From Vitrella brassicaformis CCMP3155 (Eukaryota; Protista; Chromerida): a DNA stretch of 33,251 nt. A program made the translations under genes and the position numbers. The notes beneath the pieces were generated by a model. That model was not told where the DNA came from. It worked only from the letters and a program-made list of their open reading frames with translations, and searched no databases. Positions 20,289 through 31,196 of this stretch are shown piece after piece (the stretch's first letter is position 1; the number at the start of each line of letters is the position of its first letter). Where the stretch lies: positions 1-33,251 of the forward strand of contig CDMY01000671.1 in the NCBI GenBank assembly GCA_001179505.1, written 5' to 3'.

Positions 20289-21077
20289 ATGTCTCAAGGC
20301 TCCAATCGAGCCCGCCCGTATCAGCGTCGCCCTGACGCTCGCATTCCCTCGCCCCCGTTCGAGGTCGAGCGGGCCCTTTGTGTGATCGACCGGTGTTCCC
20401 AGAACGTGATCGACGAGTATCGGCGGGGTCAAAGTCGGTGGTCTTCCCGTGAGAAGACACAGACCGTCGACAGCTTCCATCTGACTCGAGAGGTTATTGA
20501 GGTTCGGCACGGCTTGCGCCGCCGCCTCTCAGCGGAGGTCTCCCGTTTCGTGATGCGCAGGGATTCCGAACATATCGTTCACCGCCCGCCGGTGCTCACC
20601 CCACGGCCCAGACAGCCGCCAGAGCAGCCCAGCTTCAACCCAGCTGCGAGGCTTCTCCCGGCCCGGATCCTGAAGCAGGAGGCACTCAACGCGTCTCCTG
20701 CCGTTGTGCCCGAGGGCCATTTCAACAAGGTTCCTGGCTGGACCGACAATCTGGGAAACTCGTTCGGGAATCTGAGGACCCAGGTTGCCTACTTGTGTAT
20801 CTCCGCGGAGTGTGACGGCTTTAAGCGGTCGGTGACGCAAGGGGCCCGGATCAATCGCTGCGGTCGTCCTACCTTCTAGTTTGCCGTCCCTGTCTGTCGT
20901 GACTGCCATCGCCCTCTCCTTCTGGACGTCTCCTCTGCTCCCGCCCTTGTTCCGATCTTCGACGAGCGTGTCTCTCGTCCCCTCACCGAAGACGAGGAGC
21001 GTCTCTTGCTGGATTTCCCCCCTGCCTTCAGGGACCTGACCATTCGGCCTGACTTCGTTTTTGCCGACCGGCTCTAG
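20289..21077 (+). pseudogene. ORF1 of an unidentified Cys-rich cassette, with one in-frame stop
   Basis: ATG at 20289. The frame reads through a TAG at 20877-20879 into FAVPVCRDCHRPLLLD...RL* (21075-21077). Cys pairs LCISAEC and VCRDC. No family recognised. Confidence 0.45.
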
Positions 21078-21225
21078 CTGGAGACAAGTGCGCGTGGGTG
21101 CGTGCTGCATGCTTTGCGTCCTTGTCTGAGCGTGCGGACACGAATTCGGTCAATGCGCTGATTTCCCCCCGTATGTTACTTTGTGGACTTGCCCTCCTTC
21201 AGCTTCTTCTGTTTCTCGGCGAGGT

Positions 21226-22782
21226 GATGAGTTTGGATTCTGCCTTCGAGACGTGCCAGCTCTGTGCGGAGGATCGCCCTGTGAGAGATATCGTGTGTCT
21301 CCACGATCACTGGCCCTCCCTCCCGCGTGACCCAGCACGAGACCCTCCTCCATCGGCTCTGGCAACGCACCGCTGCTGCATCTATTGCGTTGTCCGCCTC
21401 GCTGAGACACAGCGGGCTCAGCTTCCTGACTATGTTGAGGGTCGGGCATGTAGCCTTCATCAGGCGGGCTCCCTCTTGGCGACTCCCCCGCCCCTCATCG
21501 AGTGTCCCAATTGTCGACACTACTTCTGCCCGGAGTGCATACTTGGTGTCTCCGATGTGTCGGCTCTCGTTCTCGCCCCCGACCCTCTCCGGCCTTCGCC
21601 CCCTTCCTCTGGTGACCGTGTGTGCCCGGGATGCTCTCTCGCACGGCCGGTTGGCCAGGAGTTTCGCCATCTACCGTGCCGGGCCTGCAATTCACTCGTT
21701 TGTGGACCTTGTGTGGAGGCAGAAGAGTCTGCCCGCCGGAACTCCCGCACGGTGCGGAATGAGGATCATTGCCCTTTCGCAGAGGAACCTTGGCATGCGG
21801 CCGTTTTGGAGCTGGAAAGGGAATGGGGATGGCCTCCCTCCTCGTGGGAAGGATTCGCTGAGGGCCGCCTCTGTGAGGAGCGCTTCCATCTACCAGTAAC
21901 GCGCCTCCTGACGATCTTTGACCTGCTGGTTGGCCCGCTCGGCACCGGCTATTCGCGTGACGATAATGCCGCTCGGATCCGGGCGAAGATGAGCAGCGGT
22001 GAGCTCTCCGAAGACATGGTGCGTCTTGCTTTGGCGACCATCGCCGTCGAGAGCCCCATGCGAGCGGCTGCGCTGCGCAGCATGATTTTCCCCCCTCGCC
22101 TTCCCCCTTTCGCTGAGCTTCGGCAACGGGGTGGCCTTCTTCACTCCGCCAGCTTCAGCATTACGTTCCGGTTTGTCAACGAGGAGGTACGGACGACAAC
22201 TGCCTGCTCGAGGCAGCACTCCGCCAGTTGGGTCAAGGACGGCTTCGCCTTGGCGACAGGCAACCGGATGACCTCCTTCCCGCCCCTCTCCCCGGACCGG
22301 CAGACCTCCGCCGGCTAGTGGCGGAAGACCTCGAACGCCGGCGTTCTGCGGGACAGTTGGACGCGTTTTTTGCCAGACCTGTCGAGCACATCCGAGATGT
22401 CCGAAGCAATTCATCATTGACCGAGTGTGACGTTCGCTCCCTGGCCAATGTGACGGGAGCCTCTATCATTCTCTGCGTCCTCGCTGAGGAACAGTTCCAG
22501 GATCCCACCATTCCGTTCCTGCTCCGCGAGCATGAAACAGTTCACCCTGAGAGCGGAAGCGCCACCATCACGCCCACCTCATCGCGAGCTCCCCACCGAT
22601 GTGCAGGTCGCCTCACCTCTCTCACAAACGAACAATGCAGCCATTCTACGTCGGCCGCGCTGGACCTGAGTTGCCCATGCAACAGGAATCAGCAGTCCAT
22701 GTGCGTCCAATCGTCCTCTTTCTCTTGCTGCTCGCATGCGCCACCCGCTTTGGCCCCTTCTCGACCGAGCCGAACCACTTGA
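21226..22782 (+). CDS. RING1-IBR-RING2 (RBR)-like zinc-finger protein, possibly followed by an OTU-like helical region; possibly a pseudogene
   Basis: CQLC...CLH...CCIYC, then C-x-x-H...CPNCRHYFCPEC, then CPGC-x9-FRHLPCRACNSLVCGPC, which has RBR RING2 spacing. A likely intron near 22187-22212 leads into the ORF 22228-22782 frame (DLRRLVAEDL...ECDVRSLANVTGASIIL). Confidence 0.5.
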
Positions 22783-23260
22783 ATACAGCCGTGTGCCAAT
22801 TCGCCGTTGCCGAGCATCACGTGCACGACATCTCCCACCAGCCCAAGAGCTCAGCGCTATTCCGTGCCAACTATCCCGCCCTTTGTGCGTCGTCGTTTGA
22901 ACTTGGCGTCTCGTACGCTGACGGCCACTTCCCCAGGGGCATCACTTATGTGCACTCTACATGTCAAGGATTGATGATCTATGACACACACACACTCTAT
23001 GACGGACTCGGTGGGTGGTCGGGCAGAGGCTTACTTTGGCATGCTTGCAGTGATTGAATTGAAGGGACAGCTACCTAGTTAGTTTGCATTCTTGATGGAC
23101 TCCTCGTGCCGATGCGCTTTCCGTTAACCCTGTGCACACGTCATCCCGGGACCTCGTTCATTCATTCATTACACCTGTTCTCCACTCTTCCCCCCGCTCC
23201 CCTTCCCCGCTCCCCTGAAAGAAGGTAGAGTCGTATTACACTCTCGAGCATTCATCCCTC

Positions 23261-23376
23261 TGTGCCATTGGGTTCTGGGCTTGCAGCCTTCGAACTTAGG
23301 CCGCTGTGCCACTGCCTTCGAACTTACGCCGCTATGCCATTGGGTCCTGGGCCTGCACCCTTCGAACTTAGGCTGA
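23261..23376 (+). repeat. Short tandem repeat (44 + 28 + 44 bp)
   Basis: tgtgccattgggttctgggcttgcagccttcgaacttaggccgc / tgtgccactgccttcgaacttacgccgc / tatgccattgggtcctgggcctgcacccttcgaacttaggctg. Confidence 0.8.
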
Positions 23377-23862
23377 CTTTGTGCCTTGCCACCTCCCATC
23401 GCTGCACCTCTAGATCTCGAGAAGAAGAATGCAGCTGTATCGTGCTCCCCCTATAGTTCGTCCCTCTGCACCAAAAAGGTTGTGGACTTGCCGCCCTGGG
23501 AGTTTGGCTGCTTTGAGCTTATGCTTTCGTCTCGCTTGAGGCCTTTTCTGTATTCGGCAGCGTCTATATCGAGGTCTTCAGTTAAGTCTGTCTCTCACCC
23601 TTGGCCATCGCTATTTGGTTCTGCATGCCTGGATGTGCATTGCGGATATTTCTTCAAAACTCAGCGCTTCGCAGTTTAGTTTGCTTTCTTCCACCATCTG
23701 AGGCGGGGGGTTTATTGCACACGCCAACCAACTATAGGCTTGCGCAGGCGTGCGCACAGAGACATTCATTGTACACACCAACTACAAGCGTGCACAGGCG
23801 AATAGATAGAAAATGCGTTCATCGCACACACCAGCCAATACAAACCATCCAGTATACACACC

Positions 23863-24540
23863 GGCCAACTACAGGTGTGCGCAGGTGAACGCATAAACAT
23901 GTTCATTTCACACATGAAGCAACTGCAGGCGCACTCCTCACACACGCGCGTCGAATTGCAGACGGCATGTAAGATGAATTCCTCTCTGCGCACACAAGCG
24001 CACCCACGCGTACGCGTGGAGTTGGAGGGCGTGTATATGATGAGAGTTTCCGTGCGCACACCTGCACCTACACGGATGCATCGAGTTGAAGGGAGCGTAT
24101 CTGTCCGCACACCTGTGAATGCACGCAAGGACGTGCAAACGGTATATGGGATCATTGTCTCTGTGCGCACACCTGCGCATGCACGCGTCGACTTGCAGGG
24201 GGCGTATATGATGAATACCTCTGCGCGCATGTTCGCGTATGAAGGCGTGGACTTGCAGACGGTATAAATGTCTCTGTGCGCACACCTGCACATGCACGAG
24301 TGCCTCGAGTACGAGGGAGTGTCTCTCTTGGCAAGGTGTGCGCATGCACGCAAGGACGTCCAAACGGAACATGGGATGAATGTCCGCACACAAGCGCCTG
24401 CACGCGTGGACTTGAAGGAGGTATCTCTGTCCACACACCTGCGCATGCACACGTACGCGTGAGTTAGAGGGCGTGTATGTGGTGAATGTATCTATGCATA
24501 CACCTGAACAAAAACGTATCCGTCGAGTTGAAGGGAGTGT
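23863..24540 (-). repeat. ~680-bp satellite-derived dispersed repeat, copy 1 (preceded by degenerate plus-strand monomers from ~23710)
   Basis: Its reverse complement is collinear with 32385-33076 along the whole length, including the diverged internal monomer variants. Confidence 0.9.
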
Positions 24541-24729
24541 GGGAGTTGTTGGTGACGTTGTTGGATGGCCTTCACAAGCACCCGAACCGCGTCATCAAGA
24601 AGCCCGACGTGGAGGAGCCAGACATCACCCGCAAGATGCTCAGTGAGGGTAAACGAGAAGAGAAACTGGCTGCTGAAGCTGGTCCAGACACCTTGCTACT
24701 CTTCCTACTGTGACTCACGAGGATGTAAA

Positions 24730-27490
24730 CTCATCCCCAATCGATGTTTAGCAACACTTGCAACGGGTGTTGTGTCCTCGAATGTCTGATGCCTACCATG
24801 AGTCTGCCCAGTACGATGTTCTAAGACGGAGACCCTGCACGCACAGAGGAAGACGTGGGGGACGAAGACGTGGAGGACGAAGACATGGAGGACGAAGACG
24901 TGGAAGAGAAGTGACATTCGCCTTACTTGGAGCATTTCGACTACAACGAATCCAACGCCAATTGCCAGTGGACTCCACAACCACACCGACTGCCCGTTGT
25001 CTCTTTATAATTCGATGTGGAGAAGCAGAGAAATGACCCTGCAGACAAGACAACAGTGTGTCTCTTCTGGCCTGCACTGGCTTGTGCGTGCACTCTTACA
25101 GAAGAAGCATTGATAGCGAGGCGAAAGCTCTGCCAAGAGGGGCCGGATTGTCCTCCTGAAGCTTTTCCTGTGCTGCTCATTCGGCTCAAAGTTGTACTCA
25201 ATGTCCTTCCAATTGTAGAATTGCTGCCAGTATAGTGTGATGAGACAGATGCAGTTAGCTGTTGCAATCAAATCAAGACAGGCAAACCCAGTGAGGACCA
25301 GGGAGGGAAGTCCGACATGCACTGTGTACCTTGGGTGACTACATGAAGTGGCTCCGCAGATTCCAGCAGCTCAAAAAATTTCTCTTCTCTGCCTTTGAGT
25401 GCTGATCGGAAGTCTTTCTCCCGTGTTTCGGTGCAGAAGGTCGCTGTAACAGCCTGAAAGAAGCAAAAGTGCGCAAAGTAGATGACCTTTTTTTCTGTAC
25501 CTCCAACCAGTCAGCTATTCTTGCAATGTCATCTGTTAGAGAATCATTCGGTCGTGACTGCATCAATTGGCGAAAGACGGAACACCAGCGGAGGCTGTCG
25601 ATGCCAGGAGACTCGGATCGCTGTCTCAGGAACCCGAGAAGTCCGTCTTGCATAAACGGAAGCGCTTCGGGAAGCACATCCGGCTTCAGTAGGCGACCGA
25701 GCTTCTCGGTATCTGTTTCCATGTGGAGTATGTCAATGACCTCTCCAGCCGCCTCGACCATCGCAGCGACACTTTTCAGCTTGTTGCCGAAGAGGGAATA
25801 ATCGAAAGCTGTCCCTCCGACGAGTCATGAACATTTCGGATTTCGAGACGCAGGTTGATATGTGCCGTGCGGCCTACACTCTGCATCGTGAGCAGCTCAG
25901 GCTCCATCTTCAACATCAACACCACCACACCAGCACAGTCGTTCTCTATAGGAGAGAAAAGAGACACGATACCTATGCGGCTATCCATTCGCAAGACGAC
26001 CAACGAACCTGCCGCGCTGTGAAGAGGAGTTCTGCCGTTCTGATGATATGTGTCAGCTATCATTCCATAAAGGACACTGGGCCTGATCTGTACCTTGTCA
26101 GTGGCATTTAGCAAATCAGGGGCCACCTCTAGCATCGTCTCCAAAATACTTGCATTGCCAGATGCTGCCAGCTAGCAACGCGAGTCCTTACAGAAGCCGC
26201 ACATTCAGTACACTCTATCTGCTACCTACCTGCTGCAAAGTGCAAGGGGGTGTGACCATCCTGTCAGACAGACAATGATGCCAACGTCAGGATTTGGAAC
26301 TTTCAATCCTCACCTGGTCCTGAGCTTTCAGCAGGTCCTTGCCGCCGCACTCGACGAACTTCTTGACAAGATCATCCCCACCACCTCTTTTTGCAACGTA
26401 ATGGAGTGCCGTCTTGCCATCCTAGAGAAACAGCATAAAGTCAGCGGTACTAACATCGGTAGGCCAATGGGAATAATGAACGTACTGTCCAGCATGTCCT
26501 CGACCTTGTCTAATCCTCACCTTGTCCTGAGCTATTAGCAGATCCTTTCCGCCCAACTCGACGAACTTCTTAACAAGATGATCTAGACCACCCCGCTCCA
26601 CAACTCTGTAAAGTGGTGTTCTGCCATACTGCAGACACAGCACGAATGCAGCAGTGATGACTTGATCAGCCAGAACGACGAGGATGACCCTCGACCACGA
26701 TACCTCATCTTTTAGGTTGAGCAGGTGACGCCGTCCGTGTAGCAGCACCTCAAACACATTCCCCTCCTTACACGAGCCTGAGAAGCACACACAGGGGCCG
26801 CGTAGGTGCATCATGTATGTGTCGTCTTGCAACGATGCATACACGCAGCCAGGTGGATGGCAGATCCATAATCCCAGTCGCCAGTCGTCAGTACTCTCTC
26901 CGCTTGACCAGACGGCAGACTGGCAAGATCCTTCCGCAACTGCTCCAGCTTTGCTTTGTCTGCGAAGCCCAGGACTGCTATCTTGGTCCTGGGCCTGAGT
27001 GATTTGGTCGCCTCGTCTTCCTCAACGGCAGGGGCACCCACCAGCGGGACCTGTGGAAGAGACACAAGTGACAGCACTCATGAGTTGCTCGACAAGGTGG
27101 ATGGACCTCTTCGAGCCGCCTCGGGGCAGGAGGGACGTCATCCTCGACATCAGCCAGCTGCGACTCCACGCGCTCCTCCTCCTTGTCCAGCAGAAGGGGA
27201 ATCTTGTCACTCGAGGCCGACGCCGCCCGCCGGGACGTCAGAGCCATCTGCAATGGAAAGGGCGTGAGAGCACGGTAAGAGGAGGATGTAGGGGTGCAAG
27301 TGCAATACAAGCCGACCTTCGCTCTCCCTTTCTGTCCGTGAGGGATGGCCTCCTTCTCTTCATCCTCCACTCTCGGCAGCTGGACGTAGCAGGGGTCATC
27401 AGCAGATGGGCGGCTCTCGGCGTCTCTTGAGATGCTGCCCTCCCGACTCTGCACACGTGGGCTGCGTTGCGTCCTCCAGAAATCCAACAT
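24730..27490 (-). pseudogene. Ankyrin-repeat TRP-like cation channel, 3'-truncated after about S3
   Basis: ANK exons YGSAIHLAA, YGRTPLYRVVERGG...QDK, DGKTALHYVAKRGG...QDQ, DGHTPLHFAA and NGRTPLHSAA. These are followed by SPRYQCFF-[1-nt shift]-VISLLLHIEL*RDNG (TAA at 25005-25007), SPLAIGVGFVVVEMLQ and SYWADSW, resembling the TRP E-x-x-Q and Y-x-x-D-x-W-N signatures. The 5' limit is uncertain. Confidence 0.7.
24849..24908 (+). repeat. 4 x 15-bp tandem repeat inside an intron of the minus-strand channel gene
   Basis: gaagacgtgg(a/g)ggac x4; forms a pyrimidine-rich tract on the minus strand just before a CAG acceptor. Confidence 0.85.
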
Positions 27491-28240
27491 TCTTTCGCAA
27501 CGCTACCGCGGTGCGGAGCGCGGGATCTCCGAGACGCCCACCACGGCCCCCAGATCTGCCACGGGAGAATGGCCACCGCGACAGGATCTGTGTGTGTTCA
27601 CGCAGCTTTCAAGAAAAAGGAGGGAGATTCGGTAGCGCGGCGGCACACTCGTCGACACTGCTGCTGTGGCTGTCTGACTCAAGGAAATCCATCACGTGCT
27701 GCAACTCAAGCGACGACACGACAGGCACAAATGAGGCCTCCCTACGAAGGGCAGATGAGAAGAAGGAAGACTCAGCAGAGGCAGATCCAGATGACGCGGA
27801 CGACGCCGCAGTGCCCGAAGACTGCGTGACGAACAGGAACACAATTAAATGCACCTGTCTCTCTCTGGTCCAGGGATGGTGATGTCGATGCCCCACTGTG
27901 TGCCAAGGCACCAGGTTCACGCACAACGAGGGAGACATTCATCGACAGATGGTCGTGTCTCTTTGGTAGACACGCTCTGTGTGTGTATCTTTGGTCAACA
28001 TGTCCGTCTGGTGAAAAAACATCAATATGGACTGACTCTGACCAGTCAGAATGGTGGCGACACAAGAAGGTGAATTCATTATCGACGGATGAAAGACAGA
28101 GCGTGAGTGTTTGCCCTCTTGCCGTGTTACGCACCGAACAGACCGACAAAGAAACAAAGCGATCGATCAAATATACAGGGTTGAGACGTGATTCACTTGA
28201 GTGAGAGTTTCTTGTTGGTCATCTGTGAGCCTTCCCCGTG

Positions 28241-28870
28241 ATGATGGTCACTGTCGCTTTGTGTGGGGCGTGTTGTGCACTGTTGGGTGTCTCGTCAGCG
28301 GCCCAGCAGCAGCAGCCCTTGGCGCCCGACGACCGCCATGATGCTTATGAGGGTGACGGCTGGGGCAAGGTGCGACGAGTGCAAGGCGCCGACACCCAAC
28401 ACGCCATCCCGCCAATGTATGCTAGCCAGCCACTCACCCAATCAGCGAATGAGACAGACAAACAGACAGACGAGCAAGCACTAGCTCTGTGTCTCTCCTT
28501 GTTTGTGTGATTGTAGTTACACTGACGACACTGAGCCGCTGCTGCCGTCCGCTGCCCATCAGATCAACGCGACGGACGGCCGCGTGACGGCCTCGACGGC
28601 CACTTCCTATCCGAGCCCCTTCACACACCCGGCCGACTGCAACCGACAGGGACTCCAATACTCATGGTGAGACAGACAGACAGACAGACATCCCATCATG
28701 GACGGATGGATGTGTGTCTGTGTCTGTGCAGGGTATGTGACCCGGATCACTTGCTGAGTTACCAGGCGGCCGACTCACTCGAACGCAAACTCAAGTCGAT
28801 CCACACATCCGCACAAGACATATGCCCACACGACAAGAAGGGACACACACGGCCATTCCACATCGGGCAG
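28241..28870 (+). CDS. 5' exons of a secreted MOLO-1/TPM-domain protein; runs into a satellite array
   Basis: Signal peptide MMVTVALCGACCALLGVSSA. Spliced exons give YPSPFTHPADCNRQGLQYSW|VCDPDHLLSYQAADSLERKLKSIHTSAQDICPHD...FHIG, matching the YP-x-P...C-x-R...[IV]CDPD pattern of MOLO-1. No downstream exon was identified. Confidence 0.7.
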
Positions 28871-29045
28871 GTGTGCGCACACAGACATTCATCATATACA
28901 CGCACTCCAAGTCCAAACGTGCATGCGCAGGTTTGCGCACACAGACGTTCATCATATACACGCACTCCAAGTCCAGATGTGCATGGGCAGGCGTGCGCAC
29001 AGAGACATTCATCATATACACACACTTCAAGTCGACGCGCGCATG
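28866..29045 (+). repeat. 60-bp satellite, 3 monomers
   Basis: Same monomer; carries the ccagat-gtgcatgggcagg then gtcgacgc variant order seen at 30178-30244. Confidence 0.95.
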
Positions 29046-29470
29046 CAAATGGGTGCGGTGAGCGCTGTAACGAATGGGAATCTCTCCCATCCAACCTGTG
29101 ACTCTGCTGACTGGCCTAGCTCCTGTCACTCAGGCTACATGGCGCTTGAGAGCTCAGACAAACAGCAAGTGAGCAACGGATGTTAACGTACTTGGATCAG
29201 GCGAGCTACAGCAAAAGCATCAGGCCCAGTTACATTTTTTTAGGCACATTGCCGGTGCGTGCATGGACACAAATACACGTACATGGTCTTTTGACGGATG
29301 GCCCCTTTTATTTGGCTGCAGGTCGAAACCAACAAGAGCAGAGGGTCTATGCCAGCAGAAATCCCTGCCAATGTGCCTACTGGTCTCCTATATGCGGGTC
29401 CTTGGAATGGTTCTGAGCTCTGTTTCGATAGAGGCGCATCATGGTTAGAATAGCCGTCTTTCCCCTCTTT

Positions 29471-29824
29471 TTACTGTCTTCCCTGACCTCCAGATTTGCT
29501 GCTCAGCTGCTCATGGGCGTAGAAGCAATTGTTGAGACCTGTACTTCCTGGAGACACAGATGTGTCCGTATAGCCATGATCGGTGACACACATCGCAGCC
29601 AAACCCTGTTTCGCAAACCGCACATATGATGTTTGGGTTGCCTCTCAGCTCCTCTCTCCCGTGGGCATACATGCAGCTCTCCCCATACTTGCATCCGCTA
29701 GACTTATAGCAAAAGACAACGAAGGACGAAGGCGAACACCGGCTCACGTATTTGATCCACTACCCTGCCAAAAACCTACACTGCACCGTTTTGAAGTAGT
29801 TGCCTCCACTCGCCTGCGCTGCCT
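29471..29824 (-). CDS. 3' exons of a CCCH zinc-finger protein (fragment)
   Basis: YFKTVQCRFLAG|GCKYGESCMYAHGREELR and a second degenerate finger NNCFYAHEQL; CAG acceptor at 29825-29827; stop at 29471-29473. 5' exons not found. Confidence 0.65.
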
Positions 29825-29834
29825 CTGCAGCAGA

Positions 29835-30398
29835 GTCGACGTCTGCATGCGCAGGTGTGCACAAAGACATTCATCCAAGTTGAAACGTGCATGCGCAGGT
29901 GTGCGCACACAGAGACATCCATCATATACACTCCAAGTCCAAACGGGTATGCGCAGGTGTGCGCACACAGACATTCATCATATACGCACTCTCCAAGTCG
30001 ACGCGTGCATGCGCAGGTATACGCACACAGACATTTAACATACACACACGCCAAGTCCAAACCTGCATGCGCAGGTTTGCGCACAGAGACATTCATCATA
30101 TACACACACACTCCAAGTCCAAACGTGCATGCGCAGCTGTGCGCACACAGACGTTCATCATATACACGCACTCCAAGTCCAGATGTGCATGGGCAGGTGT
30201 GCGCACAGAGACATTCATCATATACACACACTCCAAGTCGACGCGTGCATGCACAGGTATACGCACACAGACATTTAACACATACACACACGCCAAGTCC
30301 AAACCTGCATGCGCAGGTTTGCGCACACAGACATTCATCATATACACACACACTCCAAGTCCAAACGTGCATGCGCAGCTGTGCGCACACAGACGTTC
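29835..30398 (+). repeat. 60-bp satellite array with a 240-bp four-monomer higher-order repeat; runs into the gap
   Basis: The variant gtcgacgcg occurs at 29997 and 30237, each followed in order by ggtatacg/atttaac, cctg/ggtttg and cagctg/cgttc monomers. Confidence 0.95.
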
Positions 30399-30698
30399 NN
30401 NNNNNNNNNNNNNNNNNNNNNNNNNNNNNNNNNNNNNNNNNNNNNNNNNNNNNNNNNNNNNNNNNNNNNNNNNNNNNNNNNNNNNNNNNNNNNNNNNNNN
30501 NNNNNNNNNNNNNNNNNNNNNNNNNNNNNNNNNNNNNNNNNNNNNNNNNNNNNNNNNNNNNNNNNNNNNNNNNNNNNNNNNNNNNNNNNNNNNNNNNNNN
30601 NNNNNNNNNNNNNNNNNNNNNNNNNNNNNNNNNNNNNNNNNNNNNNNNNNNNNNNNNNNNNNNNNNNNNNNNNNNNNNNNNNNNNNNNNNNNNNNNNN
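30399..30698. other. Assembly gap (300 N)
   Basis: Run of N. Confidence 0.99.
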
Positions 30699-31196
30699 GT
30701 GCATGAACGCCTTCGACGCGTTTGACTCCTTCTTTAGGAAGTAGGCCTGCACGTACCGGCTGTAGTCGTCCACCATGACTATGAACCACTGAAATCCTCT
30801 CTCGCTGAGCTGTTTTATCTGTGCCAGGTCGACGTGCATGACAGACCACCGGGTGCCGAATGATGCAGGGCATCACCAAGGTAGGACCGAATCTTCACCT
30901 TGGCTTGGATACGCACCTCATACTTGTGTCGTTCTCCTTCCTCCTCCTTGCTCCTCTCGAAGTCAGGTGCGTTTCGGCACACTTGTTTCAGTTTGTCAAT
31001 GGCTGCATTGTGGTACTGGAGGAAGGGCTGATGAGCGAGCTCTGATGAGCGAGCTGGAGCGATTACTGGGGCCGGCAGTACACTAACCACAGCTAGTACT
31101 AGAGGTAGTTGTCCATCCGTTCCCCAACGCAAGAGCGGTGGTAACAGGTCCACCGGGTAGACAGGGCAGTCTCTGGCGTCCTTGTAGATGTCTAGG
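30699..31196 (-). mobile_element. Diverged copia integrase fragment related to the 13666-19485 element
   Basis: LDIYKDARDCPVY..., QAKVKIRSYLGDALHHSAPGG and HVDLAQIKQLSERGFQWFIVMVDDYSRYVQAYFLKK align with the pol region at ~16870-17405; frameshifted. Confidence 0.92.

Noticed and set aside
19387-20460. ORFs spanning the first N gap (and 29776-30879 spanning the second)
   Set aside because: These are artefacts of translating through N runs.
24849-24911. Acidic EDVEDED peptide on the plus strand
   Set aside because: It is a short frame ending in TGA and lies within an intron of the minus-strand channel gene; better explained as a microsatellite.
31028-31056. Two CTGATGAG motifs (hammerhead-like)
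   Set aside because: This is a simple 14-bp tandem duplication inside the copia relic, with no GAAA core or stems.
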